This document shows, in pieces, positions 30,170-39,834 of a DNA stretch of 64,000 nt. Below the pieces are notes generated by a model, which was not told the DNA's origin, did not search any database, and saw only the letters and a program-made list of their open reading frames with translations. A program made the translations under genes and the position numbers. This stretch comes from an uncultured Phycisphaerales bacterium (lineage in GTDB: Bacteria; Planctomycetota; Phycisphaerae; Tepidisphaerales; Tepidisphaeraceae): NCBI GenBank assembly GCA_963755915.1, contig CAVWLP010000003.1, positions 704,001 to 768,000 on the forward strand, written 5' to 3'. Positions within the stretch are counted from its first letter, which is position 1. The number at the start of each line of letters is the position of its first letter.

Positions 30170-32740
30170 TTAGGGTGAATCGGGAGTTTGGGAAGTTTGC
30201 GGCGCTGGAGCGGGAGCCTGAGCGCTGTTTTGCGGGGGAGTTGCGCTGGGCTGGGTGGCGGCGACCTGGAGCGATTCGTGAAGGGCGTTGGCGTAGGCTC
30301 TAACGATGGGGTCCTTGTCGTTGGAGAGGCGATTGGCGATGTCGATGCCCTTGTCGCCGCCGAGGTTGCCGGCGAGGAGGAGGGCAAGCATGCGGGTTTG
30401 CCAGGCGTCGCTGCTGGTCATGGCGTCGATGTCAGAGGCTTGGTCGTCGCCCTTGGCGACGGAGGCGATGAGGAATTTCTGCATGGCGCGGACGGGAACG
30501 GCCTTGCCGGGATCGGTGAGGTGGAGTTTGTTAAGGAATTCCTTTTCGATGACCTGGAACTGGGAATTGCTCTGCTGAGCGTCGAGGAAGGGGATGTCGG
30601 CGGCCAGGACCATGAGGGCGCGGATTTTTTCACCGCCATCGTCGGTGTCGAGGCGTTGATAGAGTGCGTTGCGCTGTTCCGGGGTTTGGATTGGGGTTGG
30701 CTCGCGGGCGATGATTTCGCTGGCAAGCTGGACGTAGCCGCCCACGCCGGGCTGGGCGGAGGGGGCCTGGACCTGGTTGCTGCGGCGGACCTGAACGGGA
30801 TTAACGACGGCGGAGAGATTGACCATCAGGTCAATATTGGGATTGTCGGCGAAGAATGGATGGAGCGCATCCTGGTCGACGCGGACGAGGGTGGAGACCA
30901 TTTCGCCGGGGGCGAGGACGAGACGTTTGTCGAGCTGGGCAACGGCGGCGCCGGGGATGTCCTGGTTGTACATTCCGGCGAGTCGGGCGTCGAACCAGAC
31001 GGTGGGATGGATGGCGCAATCGTCGCCGATGGCGAGATCCACGTCGCTGACGTTTTGAACCGTGAGGCGGATGAGGACAGGCTCGCCGAACTCGAAGACG
31101 GGCTTAATGGGGGTGACGTCGATGGCGTAGAAGCTCTTGGGGTCCTGAATGAGCTGGAGGAAGGACTGAGGTACGGCGTTGACGAGCGTGGCGACGGTTC
31201 CGGAGCCGGGGCTGGGATCGATGGCAATACCGAGGCGTGCGAATTCGGCCCAGAGGACGGCGCCGATGACGCCGGAGGGATGATCGTCGAGCAATTTCTG
31301 GGCCTGTACGACAGCGGCGTTTTTTGTATTGGGGTCGGCAAGCTCGATGAGGATGACGCCGAGCTGGGCGAGGGGGTCGTATTTGGCAAGCCTTTGAAGT
31401 TTGGGTAGAGCGCCCTTGGCGTCGCCGCTAACGTATTGGGACCAGGCGCGGAGGCGCTGGAGAGTGACGTCGTCGGCGGAGACGAGCTTGGAGAGGGCGT
31501 CGATGAGAGGAGCGGCGGCGTTGGCGTCGTGAAGGTAATAGAGGTCGATCCAGGCGAACGAGGAGAGCGTGGCGTTATAGGGTGCGACGATGTCCCGCGC
31601 CCGGTTGGCCTGAAGGCGGATGCGATCATCGGACATGTCGGGAAGGACGATATCGTCGGGGGAATCGATGGGCCGGGTGGTGGCAGTTTCGTCGCCGGAA
31701 ATTTTTCGAATGTCCTGCAGGCGGTTAAAGATTGCGGAAGCGGCCCGGTGGATGGTCTGGTTGTACTGATCCTGCATCGTGCTGTTGCCGGGGAACAAAT
31801 TAAGCTGGTATTTGAGGATGGAGAGGGAGACGAACCAGCCGTCGGCGTCCTGGGGGAGAGCGGCGTTGTATCGGCTGGCGAGGTCTTCGGCCTTGTCGGC
31901 CTTTTTGCCAAGGAGGAGCTGAGAGCCCGCGCCCAGAGCGAAAGCGGGATCGGCGCGGACACCGGAGCGGTTGTAGAGATCGTCGGCGACGGCGTACCAG
32001 AGGAGGGCGTCATCGACGAGCCCGAGCTGGGCAAGCTGCTCGGCGAGGCGGGAAGCGACGACGGGATCGGCGGGGTTGGCCTGCATGATGCCCAGGAGCT
32101 GCTGGACGCGATCGACGGGGAGCGCGGTGGCCTGAGTCGTGATGTAGCGGATCTTCAGCGCCTTGAGGTTCATGGGATTGAGCGTGCGGGCGTCGTCGAG
32201 CATTTTCATGGCCTCTTTGTTGAGGCCCTTCTGCTGGAGGAGTTGGGCGGCACGCCAGGCGACTTCGCTTTTGACGGGGTCGGAAATTCCCTGCTTCTGG
32301 AGGAGGAAGCGGAGATAGGCGAGGCGCTGATCGACGGATTGGACCGCGTCGGACTGGAGATAAAGATCGATGTACTGGAGCTGGGCGGTCTGGTCTTCGC
32401 GGGCGTCGTCGCGGTCGAGCTTGCGGTAGTCGGCGAGGGCCTGGAGGGCACCCTGTACGTCATTGGTTTCCATGAGCACGTCGGCGAGGGAGCGGTAGAA
32501 GCGCGGCTCGGAAGGTTCGAGGCGGCTGGCGGCGCGGTAGAGAGTGGAGGCCTGGTCGAATACGCGCGCAGGGAGGGGGTCTTTGCGGAAGATCTGGTGA
32601 GCTTCGAGGGAGAAGCGTTCGGCGAGGGCGATGGAGCCGTCGGGGTCGGATTGGGGGACGTCGGTGTCGTCGGCAAAGGTGCGGGCGACGAAAAGAGCGA
32701 TGGCGGCGGTCAGGATTGGTAGAAGAAAACGGTCCTTCAT
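30170..32740 (-). CDS. Secreted TPR/HEAT-repeat protein
   Basis: Signal-peptide-like N-terminus, TPR-like helices, beta-sandwich-like segment (GEPVLIRLTVQN), C-terminal HEAT-like LSNDKDPIVR. Confidence 0.75.
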   Translation of the reverse strand: MKDRFLLPILTAAIALFVARTFADDTDVPQSDPDGSIALAERFSLEAHQIFRKDPLPARVFDQASTLYRAASRLEPSEPRFYRSLADVLMETNDVQGALQALADYRKLDRDDAREDQTAQLQYIDLYLQSDAVQSVDQRLAYLRFLLQKQGISDPVKSEVAWRAAQLLQQKGLNKEAMKMLDDARTLNPMNLKALKIRYITTQATALPVDRVQQLLGIMQANPADPVVASRLAEQLAQLGLVDDALLWYAVADDLYNRSGVRADPAFALGAGSQLLLGKKADKAEDLASRYNAALPQDADGWFVSLSILKYQLNLFPGNSTMQDQYNQTIHRAASAIFNRLQDIRKISGDETATTRPIDSPDDIVLPDMSDDRIRLQANRARDIVAPYNATLSSFAWIDLYYLHDANAAAPLIDALSKLVSADDVTLQRLRAWSQYVSGDAKGALPKLQRLAKYDPLAQLGVILIELADPNTKNAAVVQAQKLLDDHPSGVIGAVLWAEFARLGIAIDPSPGSGTVATLVNAVPQSFLQLIQDPKSFYAIDVTPIKPVFEFGEPVLIRLTVQNVSDVDLAIGDDCAIHPTVWFDARLAGMYNQDIPGAAVAQLDKRLVLAPGEMVSTLVRVDQDALHPFFADNPNIDLMVNLSAVVNPVQVRRSNQVQAPSAQPGVGGYVQLASEIIAREPTPIQTPEQRNALYQRLDTDDGGEKIRALMVLAADIPFLDAQQSNSQFQVIEKEFLNKLHLTDPGKAVPVRAMQKFLIASVAKGDDQASDIDAMTSSDAWQTRMLALLLAGNLGGDKGIDIANRLSNDKDPIVRAYANALHESLQVAATQPSATPPQNSAQAPAPAPQTSQTPDSP

Positions 32741-32809
32741 GGGTTCCTCATGGGATACTTCAGATTTATTGAATTACGAATCTTCGAGGAGGAAAGGTCG
32801 GGAGGCAAG

Positions 32810-32900
32810 AGGCAAATGCCGATTGCCGAATGCCAAATGACGAATTGAAGAGCTGCATGTTGCGTTTATTCGGCATTTGGCATTCGGCACTTGGTAATTA
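32810..32900. repeat. Inverted array of degenerate heptamers
   Basis: AAATGCC GATTGCC GAATGCC AAATGAC GAAT ... ATTCGGC ATTTGGC ATTCGGC ACTTGGT. Confidence 0.75.
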
Positions 32901-32948
32901 GGAATAGGTCCCCTTCGATATACGGCTAAATGAGCATGTTATCGGCGT

Positions 32949-33758
32949 TTATGCGGGTTGCTGGAACATTTCCTGCAGGATTGGGCGTCCGGCACTGATT
33001 TCCTCGGGGTCGGCGAGGAGCTCAGCTCGGCGGCGGAGCCAGCGGGCGAGGTCCAGGCGATGGGTTTTATATGCGGCAACCGCCAAAAGAGCTTGGGAAC
33101 GGGCGGCGTCGAGCCGGGACATCAGCTCGCACATCTGGATCTTGGCACCGACGAACTGAAGCATAGACTCCCAAGCGCCAATGCGCCAGCCGTAGTCAAG
33201 TTGCAGAAATTGCAGATTGAGGGCCTCGGCGAGGTCGAGACGGAAGCGGTAGAGGCGGGTCATGGCGTTGTAGGCGCCGGTGAGGTCGCCGACCTGAAGC
33301 ATGGAATCGGCAAGAACCAGCAGCGAACCGCGGGCGAGGCCGGGGAGATTGGAGAGCCTTTGGGCGAGGACGGCCTGACAGAGGAGGGTGGATTCGCGCC
33401 AGCGCTGCTGAGCGTGGCGGAGGACGGCAAGATGGTGGAGGTTGAGAAGCTTGGCGGTTCGGAAAAGAGAGAAGGTTCGCAGGGCCTCGTCAATGTGGCG
33501 TTCGGCGCGGTCGAATTCACCGGCGGCGATGAGTGAGGGAGAGTCGGCGGCGATGCGGGTGCCCTGCATGCTGCGATAGCTGAGGAAGACCCAGAGGCCT
33601 CCAACGCCCAGGAGCAGGACCATCCAGTTCTGGTGGGTGCCGAAGAGGGGCTGGGCGAGGATACAGAGCATGGCGGCAACGAGCAGGGCGAGGCGAATGA
33701 GGGCGGCGATGGTGAGATCGCGGCGGAAACGAGTGATGGCGACTTCGACGGGAAGCAT
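32949..33758 (-). CDS. Membrane-anchored TPR-like hypothetical protein
   Basis: Two N-terminal TM segments followed by Leu/Ala/Arg helical repeats. Confidence 0.7.
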   Translation of the reverse strand: MLPVEVAITRFRRDLTIAALIRLALLVAAMLCILAQPLFGTHQNWMVLLLGVGGLWVFLSYRSMQGTRIAADSPSLIAAGEFDRAERHIDEALRTFSLFRTAKLLNLHHLAVLRHAQQRWRESTLLCQAVLAQRLSNLPGLARGSLLVLADSMLQVGDLTGAYNAMTRLYRFRLDLAEALNLQFLQLDYGWRIGAWESMLQFVGAKIQMCELMSRLDAARSQALLAVAAYKTHRLDLARWLRRRAELLADPEEISAGRPILQEMFQQPA

Positions 33759-33760
33759 GG

Positions 33761-34648
33761 TTATGCGACCTCCGCGGGAGCGGGGGCCGGGGAATATTTT
33801 TGAGTAAGGACGGAAACTTCGGGGTAGCGGCGGATCAGCTCTGCGAGGGGCAATAGGTTGGTGGCGTTTTTGAAAGCGGTTTGGGCTTCTTCGCGGCGGT
33901 CGAGCATGTCGAAGGCGCGGGCGACGAGCGCCCAGCCGTCGGCGACGCGATGGCCGAGCTGCTTGCGCATGACGGCTTTGCGCTGGTCGAAGAGTTCGAT
34001 GGCTTCGGCGGGGTGGCCGGTTTTGACGTCGCGGTAGATTTCGACGAGGGCGAGGCCGGCGGATTCGACGCCGCGGGAGGTGCGGCGAAGCTCGGCGATG
34101 GCGCGATCGGCGTCGAGGAGGTTTTCCTCGCGAAGCAGTGCCATGGCGCGGCCGAGGCGGACGAGATGATCGGTGGCGTCGTCGAGGGCCATTTCGCTGA
34201 GAATGTAGTCGTAGACGGAGACGGAGTCTTCAAAGCGGTGATAGCGGGCGAGGACCATGGCGAGGAAAAAGAGCGCCTGGGCGCGGGCGATGGGAGAGCG
34301 CGCCGGGCGGGAGAGAAGGCCCTGGAGCATCAAGCCGGCTTCGTTCCAGCGGCGGAGATGGATGAGCTCTTCGACGGAGGAGACGGTGGCGTGCTCGATG
34401 CGGGCGCGGCGGGCGCCGCTGAAGGCCATGAGGGTGATGCTGCCGACGAAACCCATGAGGGCGCAGCCGATGAGGGAATCGAGCAGGTCCTGCGATTGGG
34501 CGCTTTGGGAAGAGTGGCCGACGGCCCAGGAGAAGATCATGGCGATGACGAAGCCGCCGAGGAGAAACTGGAGCCAGGGAATGCGGGCGCGGGGCTCTGA
34601 GACTTCGATGAGGACAGTGGGGTCGAGGAATGGGGGCTGGGGTTCCAT
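33761..34648 (-). CDS. Membrane-anchored TPR-like hypothetical protein
   Basis: Two TM segments then TPR-like helices; start estimated at MEPQPP. Confidence 0.7.
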   Translation of the reverse strand: MEPQPPFLDPTVLIEVSEPRARIPWLQFLLGGFVIAMIFSWAVGHSSQSAQSQDLLDSLIGCALMGFVGSITLMAFSGARRARIEHATVSSVEELIHLRRWNEAGLMLQGLLSRPARSPIARAQALFFLAMVLARYHRFEDSVSVYDYILSEMALDDATDHLVRLGRAMALLREENLLDADRAIAELRRTSRGVESAGLALVEIYRDVKTGHPAEAIELFDQRKAVMRKQLGHRVADGWALVARAFDMLDRREEAQTAFKNATNLLPLAELIRRYPEVSVLTQKYSPAPAPAEVA

Positions 34649-34664
34649 GATCGGCAAGAGGATT

Positions 34665-35660
34665 CTAGGCGAAGCACTCTGGATTGGAAGGTAACGGGTC
34701 GGCAAGGGCGATGGGACGGGTAAAATCGCGGGTGAAAGCCGCAGCGGACTGGGCAATGTCTTTTTCGATCTGGATTTTCAGGGGCTCGATGGCGGAGTAG
34801 ATGCGCTGCTCGCGGATCCAGTCGAGGAGGTCTACGGAGAGGGTTTGGCCGTAGAGGTCGCCGGAGAAACCGATGATGTGGGCTTCGATTTGACGGGGGT
34901 TTTCGCCGAAGGTGGGCATGGTGCCGATGCTGAGGGCGACGGGGAAATCTTTTCCGGCGATTGTGGTTCGGGCGGCGTAGACGCCGTCGGCGGGGATGAA
35001 TTGGTCGTCACACTTGAGGTTGGCGGTGGGGAAGCCGAGGGATCGTCCGCGGGCGTGTCCGGGCTGGACGGGGCCGGCGAGGCGATAGGGGCGGCCGAGG
35101 CAGATGCAGGCTTCGCGGGCGCGGCCGTAGGCGAGAAGGAAGCGGATGACGGAGCTGCTGACGGGGGTGATTTGGAGATCGAGCAGCGAGAGCTGCAGGG
35201 AGGGGACGATGTGTAGTTTGACGTTGGTGTTCTGAGACCATTGCTGGAGCAGCTCGACGGAGCCACGGGCGCCACGGCCGAAACGGAAGGAGGCGCCTTC
35301 GACGAGATCGGAGACGGCGATCTGGTCTTTGAGGATGGTCCAGAAGTCTTCGGCGGTGAGGTCGAGGACTTTTTTTTCCGGGGGGAGGATGACGAGGTAA
35401 TCGGCACCCTCGGATTCCAGGAGGGTCTGTTTGAGGCCGGGGGGCGTGAGGCGCGGGGGAGCGGCGGAGGGACGGAGGACGGTCATGGGATGGGGTTCGA
35501 AGGTGACCAGGACCATCGGTGCGCGGCGCTTGTCGGCGAGTTGTCGGGCGAATTGGAAGATTCGGCGGTGACCGAGGTGGACGCCGTCGAAGTTTCCGAT
35601 GGACATCACGGAATTTCTGGGGGTTTGGTGGAGACCGTCTAGGCCGTGTAGGAGGTGCAT
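34665..35660 (-). CDS. ribF: Bifunctional riboflavin kinase/FAD synthetase
   Basis: IGNFDGVHLGH, TFEPHP, GRSLGFPTANL, IEAHI. Confidence 0.96.
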   Translation of the reverse strand: MHLLHGLDGLHQTPRNSVMSIGNFDGVHLGHRRIFQFARQLADKRRAPMVLVTFEPHPMTVLRPSAAPPRLTPPGLKQTLLESEGADYLVILPPEKKVLDLTAEDFWTILKDQIAVSDLVEGASFRFGRGARGSVELLQQWSQNTNVKLHIVPSLQLSLLDLQITPVSSSVIRFLLAYGRAREACICLGRPYRLAGPVQPGHARGRSLGFPTANLKCDDQFIPADGVYAARTTIAGKDFPVALSIGTMPTFGENPRQIEAHIIGFSGDLYGQTLSVDLLDWIREQRIYSAIEPLKIQIEKDIAQSAAAFTRDFTRPIALADPLPSNPECFA

Positions 35661-35676
35661 ATGGGTTTGCGAAGAA

Positions 35677-35700
35677 CGGGCCGGGGACGGCCCGGCTCAT
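35677..35700 (-). repeat. REP-like element, family B
   Basis: 24/24 reverse complement of 16585-16608. Confidence 0.75.
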
Positions 35701-36842
35701 GCCTGGGGCGAAAGTTTGCCTGGATTATTGCGCCGTGGTGAAGAGCGCGGGAGAGAACGCGCGGGTTGGGTCCGGGCGGTCGCCTTGGGGGTTTTGTAGA
35801 CATCGAGAATCAGCGCGAAAAGCCAGAGGATGAGCAGGGCAACGAGGGCGTAAATGCTCTGCCAGGCGCCCATGCCTGGGGTTTGGGAGGCGAGATATGC
35901 GATACCCTCGACGACCCACAGGTGCAGGACGTAGACCGGGAGGCTCTTTTTGCCCAGGGTCTGGACGAAGGCGGCGGCGGAGGTGTCACGCAGCCAGGGC
36001 CAGAGGAGATCGGTCGTGGAGATCAGGGCGAAAGTGATGCTGAGGTAACGCAGGGCTTCGGGGGTGGAAAGGGGCGTTTTCACGAAGGCGATGCCGAAGC
36101 TGAGATATTGCATGCCCCAGAGGTAGCTGTACTCCATGACGAAAAGGACGCAAGCCATGAGAGTGGAGGCAGCGGCGAGGGTGATTTTCCATTTCTGGGA
36201 GAGGGCGTTGTATTTGGGCCAGGCCCAGCCGAGGAGCAGGCCGAGGATGAAGATCATCTGCCAGAGGACGGGCGCGAAGACGTCATGCTGAGCAGGTGCG
36301 AGAGCCCAGGGGTGCCAGAGGCCCCAGGCGAAGAGGGAGATGCTACCGATGAGGACGAAGAGCCATCCGCGGGAGAAGCGGAGGAGCATCATGAGGATCG
36401 GGGAGAGGGCGATCATCATGACATAGAAGGGAAGAAGATCGCCGCCTTCGCGGAGGAGGAGGATATCGCGGAGGAGGGACAGGGGGTTGATGGAGGCGCC
36501 GCGAGCCCCGGTGAGGACCTCGATGATGATGGCCACCATCGCGCACATGTAATTGACGACGAGGATGTAGAGGGAGCGTCGCCAGAGGGCGCGGTAGGTT
36601 TTAGCGCGGCGTTTGGGGTCCGCAGCGCGGGGGCAGAAGATGACCCCGATGCTGAGTCCGGAAACGAAGATGAACCCCCCCGCCGCGAAGCGGGTATAGG
36701 AGCCGAAGAAGTCGTGGAAGAAAGAACCGAACTGGACCTTGGCGTTCCAGACGAGGTGGACAAGGAGCATGTCGATGAGGCACAATCCGCGCCAGAAGTC
36801 GAGGCGTTGATCGCGAACGGCAGGATGGCTGGAAGCGCTCAT
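35697..36842 (-). CDS. OpgC-family membrane acyltransferase
   Basis: RDQRLDFWRGLCL...H, FIFVSG, LLPFYV, WQMIF, LGKKSLPVYVLH; multi-TM. Confidence 0.85.
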   Translation of the reverse strand: MSASSHPAVRDQRLDFWRGLCLIDMLLVHLVWNAKVQFGSFFHDFFGSYTRFAAGGFIFVSGLSIGVIFCPRAADPKRRAKTYRALWRRSLYILVVNYMCAMVAIIIEVLTGARGASINPLSLLRDILLLREGGDLLPFYVMMIALSPILMMLLRFSRGWLFVLIGSISLFAWGLWHPWALAPAQHDVFAPVLWQMIFILGLLLGWAWPKYNALSQKWKITLAAASTLMACVLFVMEYSYLWGMQYLSFGIAFVKTPLSTPEALRYLSITFALISTTDLLWPWLRDTSAAAFVQTLGKKSLPVYVLHLWVVEGIAYLASQTPGMGAWQSIYALVALLILWLFALILDVYKTPKATARTQPARSLPRSSPRRNNPGKLSPQA

Positions 36843-36952
36843 CGTCGGAATAGTGTAGGTGGCCTATATACTAATTGACCCCTGGCGCGTTGGTTGCCGG
36901 ATGTTACGTAACGGTCCTAAGCATATCAAGTGCCGGAACATGGGAGGAATAA

Positions 36953-37731
36953 ATGTTTCAGCGTTTAGCAACATTTTTTATGGTTTTAGTGCCCGTTTTT
37001 GCGTTTGCGGACATCGTGAAAACACCCGTTCATTATCGACAGGGAGACACCGACCTTGAAGGATTGTTAGTTTACGACAACAGCATCACGGGTCAGCGAC
37101 CGGGAGTTCTGGTATTTCCGGAATGGTGGGGATTGAACGATTATCCGAAGCATCGCGCGGAAATGCTTGCACAGCTTGGGTATGTGGCGTTTGCGGCGGA
37201 TATGTACGGGAACGACCAGACGACAGACAGCCCGGACGATGCGCAAAAGTGGATGACGGCAGCGAAAAGCGACCTAGGGACGCTGCGGCGCGGGCCCAGG
37301 CGGCGCTGGACGTTTTATCGAAGGATCCACACGTCGATCCCAGCAAAATCGCGGCAATCGGGTATTGCTTTGGGGGAACCGTGGCCCTGGAGCTGGCGGA
37401 GAGCGGGGCGCCGATCGCGGGGGTGGTGTCATTTCACGGCGGGTTGCCGACCGACCATCCGGAGGATGCCAAGAATATCAAGGGAAAGATACTGATATGC
37501 ACGGGTGGGGATGATGCATTCGTGCCGCCGAGCCAGGTGGAGGCGTATGAGGACGCGCTACGGCAGGCTGGAGTGGACTGGCAGGTGATTTCTTACGGCG
37601 GGGCGCATCATGCGTTTACCAATCCGGCAGCGGATTCACACCATATCCCCAATATTGCCTATAACGCGGCGGCGGATAAGCGGTCTTGGGAGGCAATGAA
37701 GGGGTTTTTTACCGAGGTGTTTGGGGGATAA
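36953..37731 (+). CDS. Dienelactone hydrolase family protein (frameshift near 37290)
   Basis: PGVLVFPEWWGLN, GYVAFAADMYG; AAIGYCFGG, SFHG, GGDD, HAFTNP catalytic motifs. Confidence 0.9.
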
Positions 37732-37794
37732 AGGGGTGGGAGAGGGGGTGGACAACGTCTATAATGGGTTGAGCATTTAGCGGAGATACTGCGT

Positions 37795-39069
37795 ATGGCC
37801 ACTTTTGCGTATGAAGCGATGAATTCTTCCGGGCAGGAGGTAAAGGACGTCATCGAGGCGGATTCGCCGGAGAAGGCGCTGGAGAAGATCAAGGGGAAGG
37901 GGCTGTTTCCAACGAAGATCCGGGAGAAGGCGCAGAAGAAAGCGAAGCAGAAGAAGGCGGCCGCCGGGGATTCGGCGCCGCTGCAGAAGAAGCGCAAGAT
38001 GCCGATCTCGATCGGCGGGGTGCCGCGCAAGCAACTGGTCATGTTCACGCGTCAGCTTTCGACGCTTCAGGACGCGGGTTTGCCGATCTTGAGGAGTTTG
38101 CAAATCCTGGAGCAGCAGCAGAAGCCGGGATTGCTCAAGGCAATCATCGGGGGCGTGTCGGATGAAGTGGAAGGCGGCGGCACTTTATCGGATGCGATGG
38201 CGAAGTTCCCCAAGGCGTTTGACAAGCTGTACGTGAACATGATCAACGCGGGAGAAGCGGGCGGTGTGCTCGATCTGATCCTGGCCCGCTTAGCTGAGTT
38301 CATGGAGAAGGCGGCCAAGCTGAAGAAGAAGGTCATTGGGGCGATGATCTATCCGTGCGTGGTCATCTCGATCGCGATCGGCGTGGTGTCGCTGATCATG
38401 GTGGTCGTGATTCCGAAATTTCAAGGGATCTTCCGCGACTTCCACACCGATTTGCCCGAGGTGACGCAGATCTTGCTGAACATCAGTCATTGGTTTGCGG
38501 AGGATTATGGGTGGGCGTATGTGATGTTTTCGCCGCTGGTGCTGATCGGGCTCGTGAAGCTGATTCAGCTCAGCCAGGGCGGGAAATATCTGGTCGACGC
38601 GATCAAGCTGAAGATTCCGATTCTGGGGGGCATCCTGGGTAAGACGGCAATTGCGCGGTTTACGCGGACACTGGGAACGCTGATCAGCGCCGGTGTGCCG
38701 ATTCTCGATGCGATTAACATCACCAAGGAAACCTGCGGCAACGAGGTGTATACGCGGGCGCTGTCGAAGGTGCATGATGCGATTCGCGAAGGCGAGTCGA
38801 TGGCGGACCCGCTGAGGGCCACCAAGGTTTGCGACGCGATCGTGGTGAACATGATCGACGTGGGAGAAGAAACCGGCGACCTGGACAAGATGCTCATCAA
38901 GGTCGCGGATAACTATGACAGCGACGTGGACGTGCTGGTCAGTTCGCTGATCAGCATCCTGGAGCCGGTGATGGTGGTGGTGCTGGGTGTGATCGTGGGA
39001 TTCATTGTCGTGGCGCTGTTTATGCCGATGGTGAGTTTGATTGAGACGATTTCTTCACCCAAGCACTGA
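37795..39069 (+). CDS. pilC: Type II secretion F family / PilC platform protein
   Basis: FTRQLSTLQDAGLPI, AGEAGGVLD, AMIYP, GEETGDLDKML, LEPVM. Confidence 0.92.
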   Translation: MATFAYEAMNSSGQEVKDVIEADSPEKALEKIKGKGLFPTKIREKAQKKAKQKKAAAGDSAPLQKKRKMPISIGGVPRKQLVMFTRQLSTLQDAGLPILRSLQILEQQQKPGLLKAIIGGVSDEVEGGGTLSDAMAKFPKAFDKLYVNMINAGEAGGVLDLILARLAEFMEKAAKLKKKVIGAMIYPCVVISIAIGVVSLIMVVVIPKFQGIFRDFHTDLPEVTQILLNISHWFAEDYGWAYVMFSPLVLIGLVKLIQLSQGGKYLVDAIKLKIPILGGILGKTAIARFTRTLGTLISAGVPILDAINITKETCGNEVYTRALSKVHDAIREGESMADPLRATKVCDAIVVNMIDVGEETGDLDKMLIKVADNYDSDVDVLVSSLISILEPVMVVVLGVIVGFIVVALFMPMVSLIETISSPKH

Positions 39070-39637
39070 CGAAATCCAAGACCCCCTCCCCTGCCCTCCC
39101 CCGGGGTACCGGGGGCGGGGGAAAGAGCGGGGTATCACGGGGTTCACGCTTATTGAGGCGATGACTGTTGTCGCATTCCTTGTCATCGTACTGGGACTGA
39201 TGATCAGTTTATCGCGGCACGTGCGGGCGACGTCTGCGGATGGGTTGACCAAGGATATTCTGCGGCGGCTGGATGAGGCCATGGATGCGTATGTGCATCA
39301 GTTTGGGTCGATCCCACCGGTGCCGGCGTTTATCGGCGATCAGGCGGTGCCGCCGGAGAGTAATCTGCGCCGGCCGGCGGAACGGAATGATGAGGCGGTG
39401 ATCCGGGCGTTGAAATCGGTTGGGCTGATGAACAAGCGGTTCGATGATCTTTCGATTGCCTATTACGACGAGGTGAGGGTGAGGGATGCGTGGGGAAGCC
39501 CGATTGTGTTTATGCCCCACATGCATCCGGCGATCGGGATGAATCCGAAGGGGTGGTTTTTTTTCAGCGCGGGGCCCGATCGCCAATTCCTGACGCGGGA
39601 TGACAATCTTTATAGTTATGATCAGTTGGGGCAGTAA
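39041..39637 (+). CDS. Pseudopilin (GspG-like); start uncertain
   Basis: GFTLIEAM followed by a TM helix; DAWGSPI and SAGPD...TRDDN motifs. Confidence 0.85.
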   Translation: MRRFLHPSTDEIQDPLPCPPPGYRGRGKERGITGFTLIEAMTVVAFLVIVLGLMISLSRHVRATSADGLTKDILRRLDEAMDAYVHQFGSIPPVPAFIGDQAVPPESNLRRPAERNDEAVIRALKSVGLMNKRFDDLSIAYYDEVRVRDAWGSPIVFMPHMHPAIGMNPKGWFFFSAGPDRQFLTRDDNLYSYDQLGQ

Positions 39638-39642
39638 CGATT

Positions 39643-39832
39643 TAGGGCGATTTGCATCCGCCGGTAGCGTCTGCGCCGCCTACGGCGGCCCTTCGCGTTG
39701 AGTTCCAAGAGGTCGTCTGCGGCGTCATCGCTCCATCCTGCGGAAGCTGCCTGCGGGAGGTTCGTCGCTCTTCCTTGCATCCGACCTCTTGGAACTCAAC
39801 GCAAACGCTACGGGCGGATGCAAAACGCTCTT
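39643..39832. mobile_element. ~190-nt structured palindromic element, copy 2 (reverse orientation)
   Basis: Terminal IR ...TTTGCATCCGCCGGTAGCGT / ACGCTACGGGCGGATGCAAA...; cores shared with 17390-17580. Confidence 0.8.
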
Positions 39833-39834
39833 GT

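Noticed and set aside
21141-36878. Many long plus-strand ORFs rich in G/E/D/V and minus-strand ORFs rich in P/S/T/R
   Set aside because: Shadow frames of real genes caused by high GC and strong skew; no motifs.
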